From a virus, in IMG/VR virus record IMGVR_UViG_3300025886_000069: DNA of 40,420 nt. One strand, 5' to 3'. The position numbers and the translations under genes were made by a program. Below are positions 32,998 through 40,420 of this stretch, one piece after another. The notes beneath the pieces are model-generated. The model saw only the letters and a program-made list of their open reading frames with translations. It was not told the DNA's origin and made no database searches. Numbering within the stretch: position 1 is the stretch's first letter; the number at the start of each line of letters is the position of its first letter.

Positions 32998-33891
32998 ATG
33001 AGCTTCACAGCAAAAGATATCTACACCGGCCCTTGGATTTACGACGAATACAACCGTTCCGTTCCAGCCTCAGTCCGGCTCCGTAACATTGGGGCAATTG
33101 GTTCCAGCCGAGACAAACACGAATTTCGTTTCGGAGGTTCCGAGGGCCAAGAGCTTCCCGGCTCCGATGGGAACCCTCTGCCTACTCCGGTGTTCGACTC
33201 TGTTTACGGTGGTTGTGCCTACTGGGGCCACTACGTTGTTCGTAGGGCAGAGGTAAAGCCGGGAGTGGTTACCATCGCCTCAATCCTGAAAGCCTACTCC
33301 ACCGGACATTCTGACACCTACGGGAACACAGTCTCCCGAGAGACTGCTGTAGGGCTGCACGAAGGGATTGACCTTTGGCAGGACCCGGAGGGCTTCACAA
33401 AGGCTTACAAAGTCATGGTAAGCATGGGACGTTGGGAAGCCGGAGCCCGTAACAGCTCACAAAAGGGCTACGAACCGTTCCACTTAGTTTACAACCTTTT
33501 AGACCAGAACGTAGTTGATGAGATGTTTTACGGGATGGTCCACGGGATGAGAGAGTCTTGGAGAGACCAAGGCTGCACCATCGAAAAGACCAAGGAAGAG
33601 CTTGGGTTCTCGGGGAACACAGAGGCCCCTGTGGAAGTTGTGGAAGCCGAGGAAGATGACCGGGACCCATTGCTTCACGGTGGCTTAAAGGGTCTCCGGA
33701 CGATCATCACCGGGGGACTTGGTATCGTTGCCACATTCTTTGCCACAGTCTTCGACCTACTTGGTTTTGAGAAAGCACAGCAGATGGGTTCCGTAGTGGC
33801 CCAAGTCTTTATCGGGCTTGCTGTGTTGTTCCTAGTTGTGAAGTTCTGGGGACGGTTTGAGAAGTTACTAAAGAAGGGACTTAAGAAATGA
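32998..33891 (+). CDS. Membrane-anchored protein of unknown function at the endolysin position
   Basis: 297 aa: about 230 aa of soluble domain with no muralytic motif I recognise, then two C-terminal TM helices (IITGGLGIVATFFATVFDLLGF; VVAQVFIGLAVLFLVVKFWG). ATGA-coupled to the spanin gene. Confidence 0.4.
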   Translation: MSFTAKDIYTGPWIYDEYNRSVPASVRLRNIGAIGSSRDKHEFRFGGSEGQELPGSDGNPLPTPVFDSVYGGCAYWGHYVVRRAEVKPGVVTIASILKAYSTGHSDTYGNTVSRETAVGLHEGIDLWQDPEGFTKAYKVMVSMGRWEAGARNSSQKGYEPFHLVYNLLDQNVVDEMFYGMVHGMRESWRDQGCTIEKTKEELGFSGNTEAPVEVVEAEEDDRDPLLHGGLKGLRTIITGGLGIVATFFATVFDLLGFEKAQQMGSVVAQVFIGLAVLFLVVKFWGRFEKLLKKGLKK

Positions 33892-34127
33892 GTCAAATTA
33901 TTCGGTGGTTAGACACCAGATGGCAAGCCCTGCTTGTCGGAGTGGGACTGATTGCAGGTCTCATTTGGTGGGGCCAGAGAGACGCAGTTGAACGGTATAA
34001 GGACAAACAAGATGAAGACGCCAACCACAGGGCAAAAGATGCGGACAATGCTGCCCGTGATGCTGACCGGCTTTCTGCTGCTGACCGTAGCAGGTTGCTC
34101 GTCAAGAAAGGGTGGTATCGAGATTGA
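33888..34127 (+). CDS. i-spanin (Rz-like), short
   Basis: N-terminal TM ALLVGVGLIAGLIWW followed by a charged helical periplasmic part. Confidence 0.5.
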   Translation: MSQIIRWLDTRWQALLVGVGLIAGLIWWGQRDAVERYKDKQDEDANHRAKDADNAARDADRLSAADRSRLLVKKGWYRD

Positions 34128-34242
34128 AATTGCCTGTAACCAGTGGGACTACATTTACGCCTCACGGTACGACACCCTTGAGACCACAGACCAAATCCTA
34201 GAGTACAACCTCAGAAGGGAAGCTTTCTGCAAGGGTTACTAA
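34012..34242 (+). CDS. o-spanin (Rz1-like lipoprotein), overlapped architecture
   Basis: AAGGA SD 8 nt upstream of ATG 34012, in the +1 frame of the i-spanin gene. Signal peptide with lipobox LLLTV-AG-C; extends 115 nt beyond the i-spanin stop. Confidence 0.55.
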   Translation: MKTPTTGQKMRTMLPVMLTGFLLLTVAGCSSRKGGIEIEIACNQWDYIYASRYDTLETTDQILEYNLRREAFCKGY

Positions 34243-34248
34243 TGAAAG

Positions 34249-34279
34249 GCCTCCGGATAACTCCGGGGGCTTTTTTTTT
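34249..34279 (+). terminator. Strong rho-independent terminator ending the late operon
   Basis: GCCTCCGGA-TAAC-TCCGGGGGC stem-loop followed by T9. Confidence 0.85.
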
Positions 34280-34300
34280 GTCTCTAGTGCATTTTTACTC

Positions 34301-34328
34301 TTGATTTCCTCGGAGGAGGGTTTAAGTT
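34301..34328 (+). promoter_or_regulatory. Candidate sigma70-type promoter TTGATT-N16-TAAGTT (early operon)
   Basis: Read directly; lies just downstream of the strong terminator and upstream of the SD-led ORF at 34366. Confidence 0.4.
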
Positions 34329-34365
34329 AGTTACATACCAACCACCCAAACCGAAAGGCTACCCC

Positions 34366-34554
34366 ATGAAAAACCCATTTGAGACCTTCACCGAAAACAA
34401 AATTGCAGACCTTGTGAACAGGATTGAGAATTTCTCCGGAGACAAAAAGACCCTTGGCTATGTAGGTCTAAAGCAGGAACTTCGTGCTGCAAGAGACTTC
34501 CTACAGTCTTTCCGAATTGAGCAGGAACTTTCCGTAACCAAACCCTCAGTTTAA
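34366..34554 (+). CDS. Hypothetical early protein
   Basis: GAAAGG SD; 62 aa. Confidence 0.45.
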   Translation: MKNPFETFTENKIADLVNRIENFSGDKKTLGYVGLKQELRAARDFLQSFRIEQELSVTKPSV

Positions 34555-34567
34555 GAGGTATAATCCG

Positions 34568-34591
34568 GCGGGTAGGGAAAACCCCTCCCGC
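34568..34591 (+). other. Intergenic GC-rich hairpin (9 bp with one bulge)
   Basis: GCGGG-T-AGGG-AAAAC-CCCT-CCCGC; no T-run. Confidence 0.3.
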
Positions 34592-34606
34592 AACTGAGGA
34601 GCACTA

Positions 34607-34792
34607 ATGAACAGCAGAATGGAAGATTTATTGGTTTCAGTCATTCAGGAAGCAAAGGCAATGACTGAAGACCATATCACCGCAACACACCCTAGCATGG
34701 ACACCGCAGAGAGGTTAGCCAGAGCCGCAGTGGAGTTGCAGTTCGAGATTATAGAGTGGTACTTAGACCGTACAGAGGAAGGTAAGAAATGA
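34607..34792 (+). CDS. Hypothetical early protein
   Basis: GAGGAG SD; 61 aa. Confidence 0.45.
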   Translation: MNSRMEDLLVSVIQEAKAMTEDHITATHPSMDTAERLARAAVELQFEIIEWYLDRTEEGKK

Positions 34793-35052
34793 AGAACTTT
34801 AAAGAGATAGAACAAGCAGCCCGGGACCAGCTGGTAGAAGCCCACCTTAAGACTGTAGGTGCCACGATTTGCCCACCGGCAACTCACTCCGAAACAGTGT
34901 CACCCAAGCTACCCTCTGCGGAGGACCGGGTAATGCGAAGTGACTACTACGCCTCCCTCACGTACCGGGAGCTTAACGGGTTGGAGCTTGCCTCTTGCAC
35001 CGAGGACGGTGTAGACGAAAGCCAGAAGAAAGGTAAGACAGGTGACGAATAA
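34789..35052 (+). CDS. Hypothetical early protein
   Basis: ATGA coupling; 87 aa. Confidence 0.45.
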   Translation: MKNFKEIEQAARDQLVEAHLKTVGATICPPATHSETVSPKLPSAEDRVMRSDYYASLTYRELNGLELASCTEDGVDESQKKGKTGDE

Positions 35053-35065
35053 AGAGCAGACGGAC

Positions 35066-35611
35066 ATGGTGAAGGTTGTAAGCAGCCTGTCATGGAAGTT
35101 CAATGACCCACAGATTCAGCAGGACTTGTTTCAAGTTGGGGCTGTAGCTTGGTTGGAGTCTGTCAACAAAGGGGACGGTAGGGAAGCTGTTGAGGCTTGG
35201 GAAGCAATGAATGACTTTATGTCTAAGTCGAAAATTGCAGTAACTGTGCCGATGCACGAAGGGACCCGGACTGCACTTAAGAGGATCCGTTCTGGCCATT
35301 CTTGGAACGAAGGTGATTGTTTGGACCGAAAGTCCTACGAGAGCCTTGCCACAGTTTTAGGTGGGATGGGGATGGTTGCCGATGAAATGCCTAGAGCATC
35401 TTCTAAGAAGTCTGAGACTACGGTGTATTTTCAGCAGTTGGAGAACTTGGTCTCTCGGAAGTTCGGAGAGCAGTACGTGCAACTTTTCGTGCTACATTAC
35501 GGGGAAATGGGCTACACCTTGCAGGAAGTTGCTAACGAGTCGGGCCTTGGTTTGTCCCTCGTGAAGAAGATGAACAGTCAGCTTAAAGCCTTTTTACGGG
35601 CTAAATCGTAA
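35066..35611 (+). CDS. Sigma-70 family (ECF-like) RNA polymerase sigma factor
   Basis: Region-2-like IQQDLFQVGAVAWLESV. Region-4 HTH-like QYVQLFVLHYGEMGYTLQEVANESGLGLSLVKKMNSQLKAFLRA. ATG at 35066 preferred over GTG at 35042. Confidence 0.55.
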   Translation: MVKVVSSLSWKFNDPQIQQDLFQVGAVAWLESVNKGDGREAVEAWEAMNDFMSKSKIAVTVPMHEGTRTALKRIRSGHSWNEGDCLDRKSYESLATVLGGMGMVADEMPRASSKKSETTVYFQQLENLVSRKFGEQYVQLFVLHYGEMGYTLQEVANESGLGLSLVKKMNSQLKAFLRAKS

Positions 35612-35669
35612 CCAAATCTCGAAAAAAAGAGGTATGGTTTTAACCCAAGTAAACCCGAAAGGAGAGGTT

Positions 35670-37268
35670 ATGTACTTAAACGAAGAACAGTCCCACCAAC
35701 CTTGTCCACACCCAAGCTGTAGCTCTTCCGACGGGTTCAGCTTTAACCCTGAAAAGGGAGTTGGTAAGTGCTTTAGCTGTGATAATGCCTACCCTGCAAA
35801 AGGGGTAAATTACTCAGAGGAAACCCGAATGAACTACCCACTTAAGGACAACGACAACATTTCCTCGTTTGTCCCAAAACACATTCAAGCCAAGGACAAC
35901 GGAAAACTTAAGTCTGGTTTTGTAGCCATGCGGGGGATTTCTGAGAACACTATGGCTTTCTATGGGGTCAAGACTTACTCCGACAACGAAGGCCCTGTTA
36001 AGCAGGAATACACCTACCCCTCCGGTGGTCAGAAGGTCCGGTACTTCCCCAAGGCATTTTCTGCAAACGGGCTCCGCCAAGACGAACTGTTTGGGATGAA
36101 CCTTTGGAACGCAGGTTCGGCTAGGTTTGTGACAGTGACCGAAGGGGAGCTAGACGCCCTCTCAGCCTACCAAATCCTCCAAGGGACCTACACCAACCCT
36201 GTAGTCTCTTTCCCGTCTGCAACTCCGTCTAAAGGTCTTTGGGAGAAGTGTGGTCCTTGGTTGGATAGCTTCGAAAAGATCATTGTTGCCACAGACAGTG
36301 ATGCTCCCGGCAATGCTCTTGCTGAGAAAATCTTTCGTCTGTTCCCGTCCAAGACTTACCGGATGAACTTCGACAAGTACAAGGACCCCAACGAGTTCCT
36401 GTCAAACGGCAAGCAGCAAGAATTTAAGTCTGCTTGGTACAATGCCCGGAAGTTCACTCCGGAGAACGTGCTTACTACCCCAGACCAGCTGCTCTCTCTC
36501 TACCGGGACACACCGGACCACCAGTTCGCCCCTACGGGAATCCAAGCACTAGACGACAAGTTGTTAGGTATCCATCAAGGGCAGTTCCACGTTCTTAAGG
36601 CTGCTACCGGTATTGGCAAAACTGAAGTGATGCGGTTCCTTGAGTTTAGCTTACTTAAGCAGGGGATACCCTTTGCAGCTTGGCACTTGGAGGAAACAAA
36701 GCTCCGGACACTTTTGGGTCTGGTCTCCTACCAGCTAGGTAAGAACGTAACCCGACGTGACTTGATTGAGGACGAAGAGACGAATGCGGAAGTTGAGAAG
36801 GCAATTCAAGAGATTGCAGAAAAGGAGGTCTTCCACCAGTTTTACATGCCGGAGGGCTCTACCATTGATGACTTTATCGAACAAATCCGGTACTTCGCCA
36901 CAGCTGCGGAAGTAAAGTTCATCTTCTTTGAGCCGATTCAGGATGTAGTCTCCGGGATGACTGACGAAAACAAAGAGGCGTTGCTTGCAGACCTGTCTGT
37001 CCGTCTTTCTAAGCTTGCTGCGGAGTTGAACATCGCCCTTGTGACCATCGGCCACACTAACGAAATGGGGGAGGTTAAGTATTGCCGAATGATAACCCAA
37101 CGTGCAGGCGTAGTTATCGACATTCACCGGGACAAAGAGTCCGAGGACCTAGAGGAACGAAACACCACCTACTTGACGATTAAGAAGAACCGTCCTTGCT
37201 CTGAGGAAGGTACAGCCGGTAAGCTCCGGTTTGACCCTCGATCCTTCACCCTACAGGAGATTTTGTGA
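35670..37268 (+). CDS. Bifunctional primase-helicase (T7 gp4-like)
   Basis: Zn finger CPHPSC...x16...CFSC, TOPRIM VTVTEGELDALS and ATDSDAPGN, Walker A KAATGIGKTE, Walker B IFFEPIQD. ATG at 35670 has a GGAGAGG SD; alternative ATG at 35634. Confidence 0.85.
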   Translation: MYLNEEQSHQPCPHPSCSSSDGFSFNPEKGVGKCFSCDNAYPAKGVNYSEETRMNYPLKDNDNISSFVPKHIQAKDNGKLKSGFVAMRGISENTMAFYGVKTYSDNEGPVKQEYTYPSGGQKVRYFPKAFSANGLRQDELFGMNLWNAGSARFVTVTEGELDALSAYQILQGTYTNPVVSFPSATPSKGLWEKCGPWLDSFEKIIVATDSDAPGNALAEKIFRLFPSKTYRMNFDKYKDPNEFLSNGKQQEFKSAWYNARKFTPENVLTTPDQLLSLYRDTPDHQFAPTGIQALDDKLLGIHQGQFHVLKAATGIGKTEVMRFLEFSLLKQGIPFAAWHLEETKLRTLLGLVSYQLGKNVTRRDLIEDEETNAEVEKAIQEIAEKEVFHQFYMPEGSTIDDFIEQIRYFATAAEVKFIFFEPIQDVVSGMTDENKEALLADLSVRLSKLAAELNIALVTIGHTNEMGEVKYCRMITQRAGVVIDIHRDKESEDLEERNTTYLTIKKNRPCSEEGTAGKLRFDPRSFTLQEIL

Positions 37269-38398
37269 TGACTGAATTAAACCTAATGCTTGGCAACTGC
37301 CTAGACAGCCTGAAGACCCTAGAGGACAATTCGGTGGATTCCATCGTGACTGACCCGCCCTATGGTCTGTCATTCATGGGTAAGAAGTGGGACTACGAGG
37401 TCCCTAGTGTAGCAATCTGGGAGGAATGCCTCCGGGTACTGAAACCCGGGGGACACCTGTTGGCCTTTGCTGGCACTCGTACACAGCATAGAATGGCAGT
37501 AAACATCGAAGATGCAGGATTTGAAATCCGTGACATGATTGCATGGGTCTATGGTTCTGGCTTTACTAAGTCTCACAATATCAGCAAGGCTATTGATAAG
37601 ATGGCCGGGGCTAGACGTGAGGTTGTTGGCTTCAAGCGTCAAGGACCGAAGTCCATGTTTCACGACGGTAAGCCACGGCCCGAAACTCTGCCCGAAACTC
37701 TGCCCGAAACTCTGCTTGCCAAGAAATGGGACGGCTGGGGTACTGCCTTGAAACCTGCCCTTGAACCTATCACTGTTGCTCGTAAACCTATCTCGGAAAA
37801 GACCGTGGCAGGTAATGTTCTGAAGTATGGGACAGGGGCTATTAACATCGATGGTTGTCGGGTGGGGGATGAGGGCGGATGTGCAGGTGCAGGTGCAGGT
37901 GCAGGTGCAAGGGTCTACGGGAACGGATTAAACGGGACGTTTGCAAAACCCGTCGAAGGGTTAGGCCGCTTCCCTGCAAACCTAATCCATGATGGTTCGG
38001 ATGAGGTGCTTGAGTTGGCAGGCGATTCCGCCCGTTTCTTCTACTGTGCCAAGGCGTCTAAGAAAGATCGTGATGAAGGTCTAGCTCATATGGAAGAACA
38101 GCAGTTTGTTCAGTGGCAGACAGGAAACGGTGCTAGTGGCAAGCCTTCCTCTATGTCGGAGGGACGTGACACCAAACGGAAGAACACACACCCAACGGTA
38201 AAGCCTACGGACCTCATGCGTTATTTGGTCCGACTTGTCACCCACGAGGGTGGTGTAGTCCTTGACCCATTCATGGGATCTGGCAGTACCGGCAAGGCTG
38301 CAATGCTTGAGGGGTTTAATTTCCTTGGCATGGAGCTTGACGAGGAATATATGGAAATTGCAAAGGCTCGTATCGAGTCCGTAAGGAGTAAAGAATGA
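37268..38398 (+). CDS. DNA methyltransferase (N6-adenine/N4-cytosine, beta class)
   Basis: IVTDPPYG catalytic motif near the N-terminus and VLDPFMGSGSTGKAA SAM motif near the C-terminus; TGATG coupling. Confidence 0.85.
   Translation: MTELNLMLGNCLDSLKTLEDNSVDSIVTDPPYGLSFMGKKWDYEVPSVAIWEECLRVLKPGGHLLAFAGTRTQHRMAVNIEDAGFEIRDMIAWVYGSGFTKSHNISKAIDKMAGARREVVGFKRQGPKSMFHDGKPRPETLPETLPETLLAKKWDGWGTALKPALEPITVARKPISEKTVAGNVLKYGTGAINIDGCRVGDEGGCAGAGAGAGARVYGNGLNGTFAKPVEGLGRFPANLIHDGSDEVLELAGDSARFFYCAKASKKDRDEGLAHMEEQQFVQWQTGNGASGKPSSMSEGRDTKRKNTHPTVKPTDLMRYLVRLVTHEGGVVLDPFMGSGSTGKAAMLEGFNFLGMELDEEYMEIAKARIESVRSKE
37679..37714 (+). repeat. Perfect (CCCGAAACTCTG)x3 in-frame repeat (PETLPETLPETL)
   Basis: Read directly inside the methyltransferase gene. 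Confidence 0.95.
37883..37906 (+). repeat. Perfect (GCAGGT)x4 in-frame repeat (AGAGAGAG)
   Basis: Read directly inside the methyltransferase gene. Confidence 0.95.
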
Positions 38399-40248
38399 TA
38401 CCCGATAACCACATAGTCTTCGACGTGGAGTCCGATGGTCTCCTAGACGTAGCTACTAAAATACACGTACTGTCCTACTACAAAGATGGGGAGGTCCACA
38501 GCACCCACAACTACGACGAAATGCGTGAGGTCCTTACTGGGGCCTCCGTACTTGTGGGACACAACGTCATTCGGTTTGATGCAGTTCTCCTAGAGAAGTT
38601 GTTGGGAGTTAAGCTTGAAGCCCGGATGGTGGACACCCTTGCCCTCTCTTGGTATCTCCGTCCCGAAAGACCCCGACACGGTCTAGAGGGCTACGGGGAG
38701 GACTACGGTATTCCCAAGCCGGTCATTACCGACTGGGACAGCCTGACTCCGGAGGACTACCGCCATCGTTGTGAAGAGGACGTGAAAATAAACGTACGGC
38801 TCTACAAGGAACAGTTGGCAGACCTCAAGTGGTTATACCCGGAGACTGCGGAACTGACACGTTTTGTGGACTACCTGTCCTTTAAGTTGGACTGTTCAGC
38901 AGAGCAGGAAGCTTTGCAGTGGCGTCTTGACGTTACTAAAGCTGAGACCCTGTTTGCTGACTGGACCGAACTTCGCAGGCAGAAAATGGAACAGCTGACC
39001 GAGGCAATGCCAGTGGTCCCGGTCTACCGGAAGGTTTCAAAACCCGTGAAGACCCACAAGCAAGACGGGTCTTTGACTGCTTACGGACAACGGTGGTTTG
39101 CAGTCTTGGAGGAGGCAAAGCTCCCCAGTACGACGGAGGGGCCTATCAACTTAATTAAGGAAATGGTCCCGGCTAATCCCGGCTCCAACTCCCAAGTTAA
39201 GGATTGGCTCTACACGTTGGGTTGGAACCCTACCACGTTCAAGTTCAGCCGAGACGTAGACGGGAATGAGAAGTCCGTAGAGCAGGTCCGGAACGGTTCC
39301 GAGTTGTGTGACAGTGTGAAAGCACTCATCTCCCGCCACCCGGCGGTTGGGATTCTTGACGGGCTTACAGTCCTGAACCACCGCCTCGGTATCATTAAGG
39401 CTTTCTTAGACAAGGAACGTAACGGCTACGTGACGGCAAGCATTAACGGCTTCACCAACACACTGAGGTTCCGACACTTTAAGCCCTTGGTAAATCTGCC
39501 CGGGGTAGACAAGCCTTACGGGGCTGACATTCGGGGTTGTTTGATTGCACCGGAGGGCTACGTTCTGTCCGGGGCTGATATGGTGTCTCTGGAGGACACT
39601 ACCAAACGACACTATATGCAACCGTTGGACCCGGAGTACGTTCTTGAAATGAGTCAGGAAGGTTTCGATCCACACTTGGACTTGGCTAAACATGCCGGGG
39701 CCATTACTCAGGAGGATATCGACAAGCACAACTCTGGGGAGAAACCCTTGGGAGCACTGCGTAAAGCTTACAAGGTTGTAAACTACAGCAGCACCTACGG
39801 GATCGGTGCAATGGCTTTGAGCCGTGCAACCGGTTATTCAACGGCTCAGTGCAAGTCTATGCTAGATTCGTTCTGGAAACGGAATTGGGCTGTGGAAGCT
39901 GTAGCCAAAAACCTCAAGGTCCGGGAACGGTTTGGGCAACAGTGGCTTCAAAACCCTGTCTCAGGTTTCTGGTACTCCCTCCGGTCTGACAAGGACCGTT
40001 TCTCTACCCTTAACCAAGGCACTGGGGTTTACTGCTTCGACTCTTGGGTTAAGCTGTGCCGGTCCAAGGGGATCCAGACTATCGGACAGTTCCACGACGA
40101 AATTATTGCCATAGTCCCAGAAGGGGAGGAAGGTAAAGTAGAAGGACTGATGCAGGAAGCAGCCCAAGAGTTGAACGAACAACTCAAGCTGAACGTCCGT
40201 CTAGGAGTAGACGTGCAGTTTGGGAATAACTACGCAGAAATCCACTAA
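38395..40248 (+). CDS. Family A DNA polymerase with 3'-5' exonuclease domain (T7 gp5-like)
   Basis: Exo I VFDVESDGL, Exo II VGHNVIRFD, motif A SGADMVSLEDT, motif B LRKAYKVVNYSSTYGIG, motif C GQFHDEI. Confidence 0.9.
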   Translation: MIPDNHIVFDVESDGLLDVATKIHVLSYYKDGEVHSTHNYDEMREVLTGASVLVGHNVIRFDAVLLEKLLGVKLEARMVDTLALSWYLRPERPRHGLEGYGEDYGIPKPVITDWDSLTPEDYRHRCEEDVKINVRLYKEQLADLKWLYPETAELTRFVDYLSFKLDCSAEQEALQWRLDVTKAETLFADWTELRRQKMEQLTEAMPVVPVYRKVSKPVKTHKQDGSLTAYGQRWFAVLEEAKLPSTTEGPINLIKEMVPANPGSNSQVKDWLYTLGWNPTTFKFSRDVDGNEKSVEQVRNGSELCDSVKALISRHPAVGILDGLTVLNHRLGIIKAFLDKERNGYVTASINGFTNTLRFRHFKPLVNLPGVDKPYGADIRGCLIAPEGYVLSGADMVSLEDTTKRHYMQPLDPEYVLEMSQEGFDPHLDLAKHAGAITQEDIDKHNSGEKPLGALRKAYKVVNYSSTYGIGAMALSRATGYSTAQCKSMLDSFWKRNWAVEAVAKNLKVRERFGQQWLQNPVSGFWYSLRSDKDRFSTLNQGTGVYCFDSWVKLCRSKGIQTIGQFHDEIIAIVPEGEEGKVEGLMQEAAQELNEQLKLNVRLGVDVQFGNNYAEIH

Positions 40249-40293
40249 TTTTCTGTGACCAAACACCTCCGAACAGAGGTATATCTGAATACC

Positions 40294-40420
40294 AAAAAAG
40301 CCAGCTAAGGAGACCCGACATGGCTACTACAAAACGAATTATCGCCGAAGGAACTGTTGAGTGGGTTAAGATTTTCTCGGACCACTTTGATGATAACATG
40401 CAGTATCACGAAAACACTAA
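40294..40420. repeat. Terminal overlap, second copy (identical to 1-127)
   Basis: Includes the duplicated first 101 nt of the SSB gene (ATG at 40320). Confidence 0.95.

Noticed and set aside
1-40420. Temperate lifestyle (integrase, repressor, attP) or a phage-encoded single-subunit RNA polymerase
   Set aside because: No ORF carries tyrosine or serine recombinase motifs, CI-like motifs or T7 RNAP motifs. The only large ORFs are all otherwise assigned.

Overview
The window is a complete, circularly closed tailed dsDNA phage genome. The unit is 40,293 bp, and bases 1-127 are repeated exactly at 40294-40420. Every convincing gene is on the + strand, with many ATGA/TAATG/GTGA start-stop overlaps.

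Module 1 runs from about 34.3 kb, through the wrap point, to about 9.1 kb. It holds early and DNA-metabolism genes of T7-supergroup flavour: a sigma-70/ECF-like factor, gp4-like primase-helicase, a DPPY DNA methyltransferase, family A DNA polymerase, gp2.5-like SSB, 5'-3' exonuclease, Hjc-like resolvase, DUF3310, MazG, class II RNR, ThyX, glutaredoxin and PhoH. No phage RNA polymerase, integrase or repressor is present.

Module 2 (11.9-34.2 kb) is a siphovirus-type morphogenesis and lysis block. It contains TerS, a GTA-like TerL, portal, XkdF-like protease, scaffold, DUF2190, major capsid, neck proteins and tail tube. It continues with a chaperone carrying a -1 frameshift, tape measure, a collagen-like repetitive fibre, a glycine-rich protein, a gpJ-like tip protein and overlapped spanins.

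Between the modules lies a 1.7-kb ORF-free, repeat-dense region (9606-11346):
- a 71-bp inverted copy of the 5' end of a secreted-protein gene
- a 27-bp perfect direct repeat
- seven 56-bp iterons
- about ten 11-bp repeats with inverted copies upstream
- a G-quadruplex motif
- an AT-rich palindromic tract

Two genes are absent from the ORF track. One is a 54-aa DUF1127-type gene overprinted on the 3' end of the portal gene. The other is the frameshift extension of the tail chaperone.

All product calls come from motifs read by eye. No database search was run.
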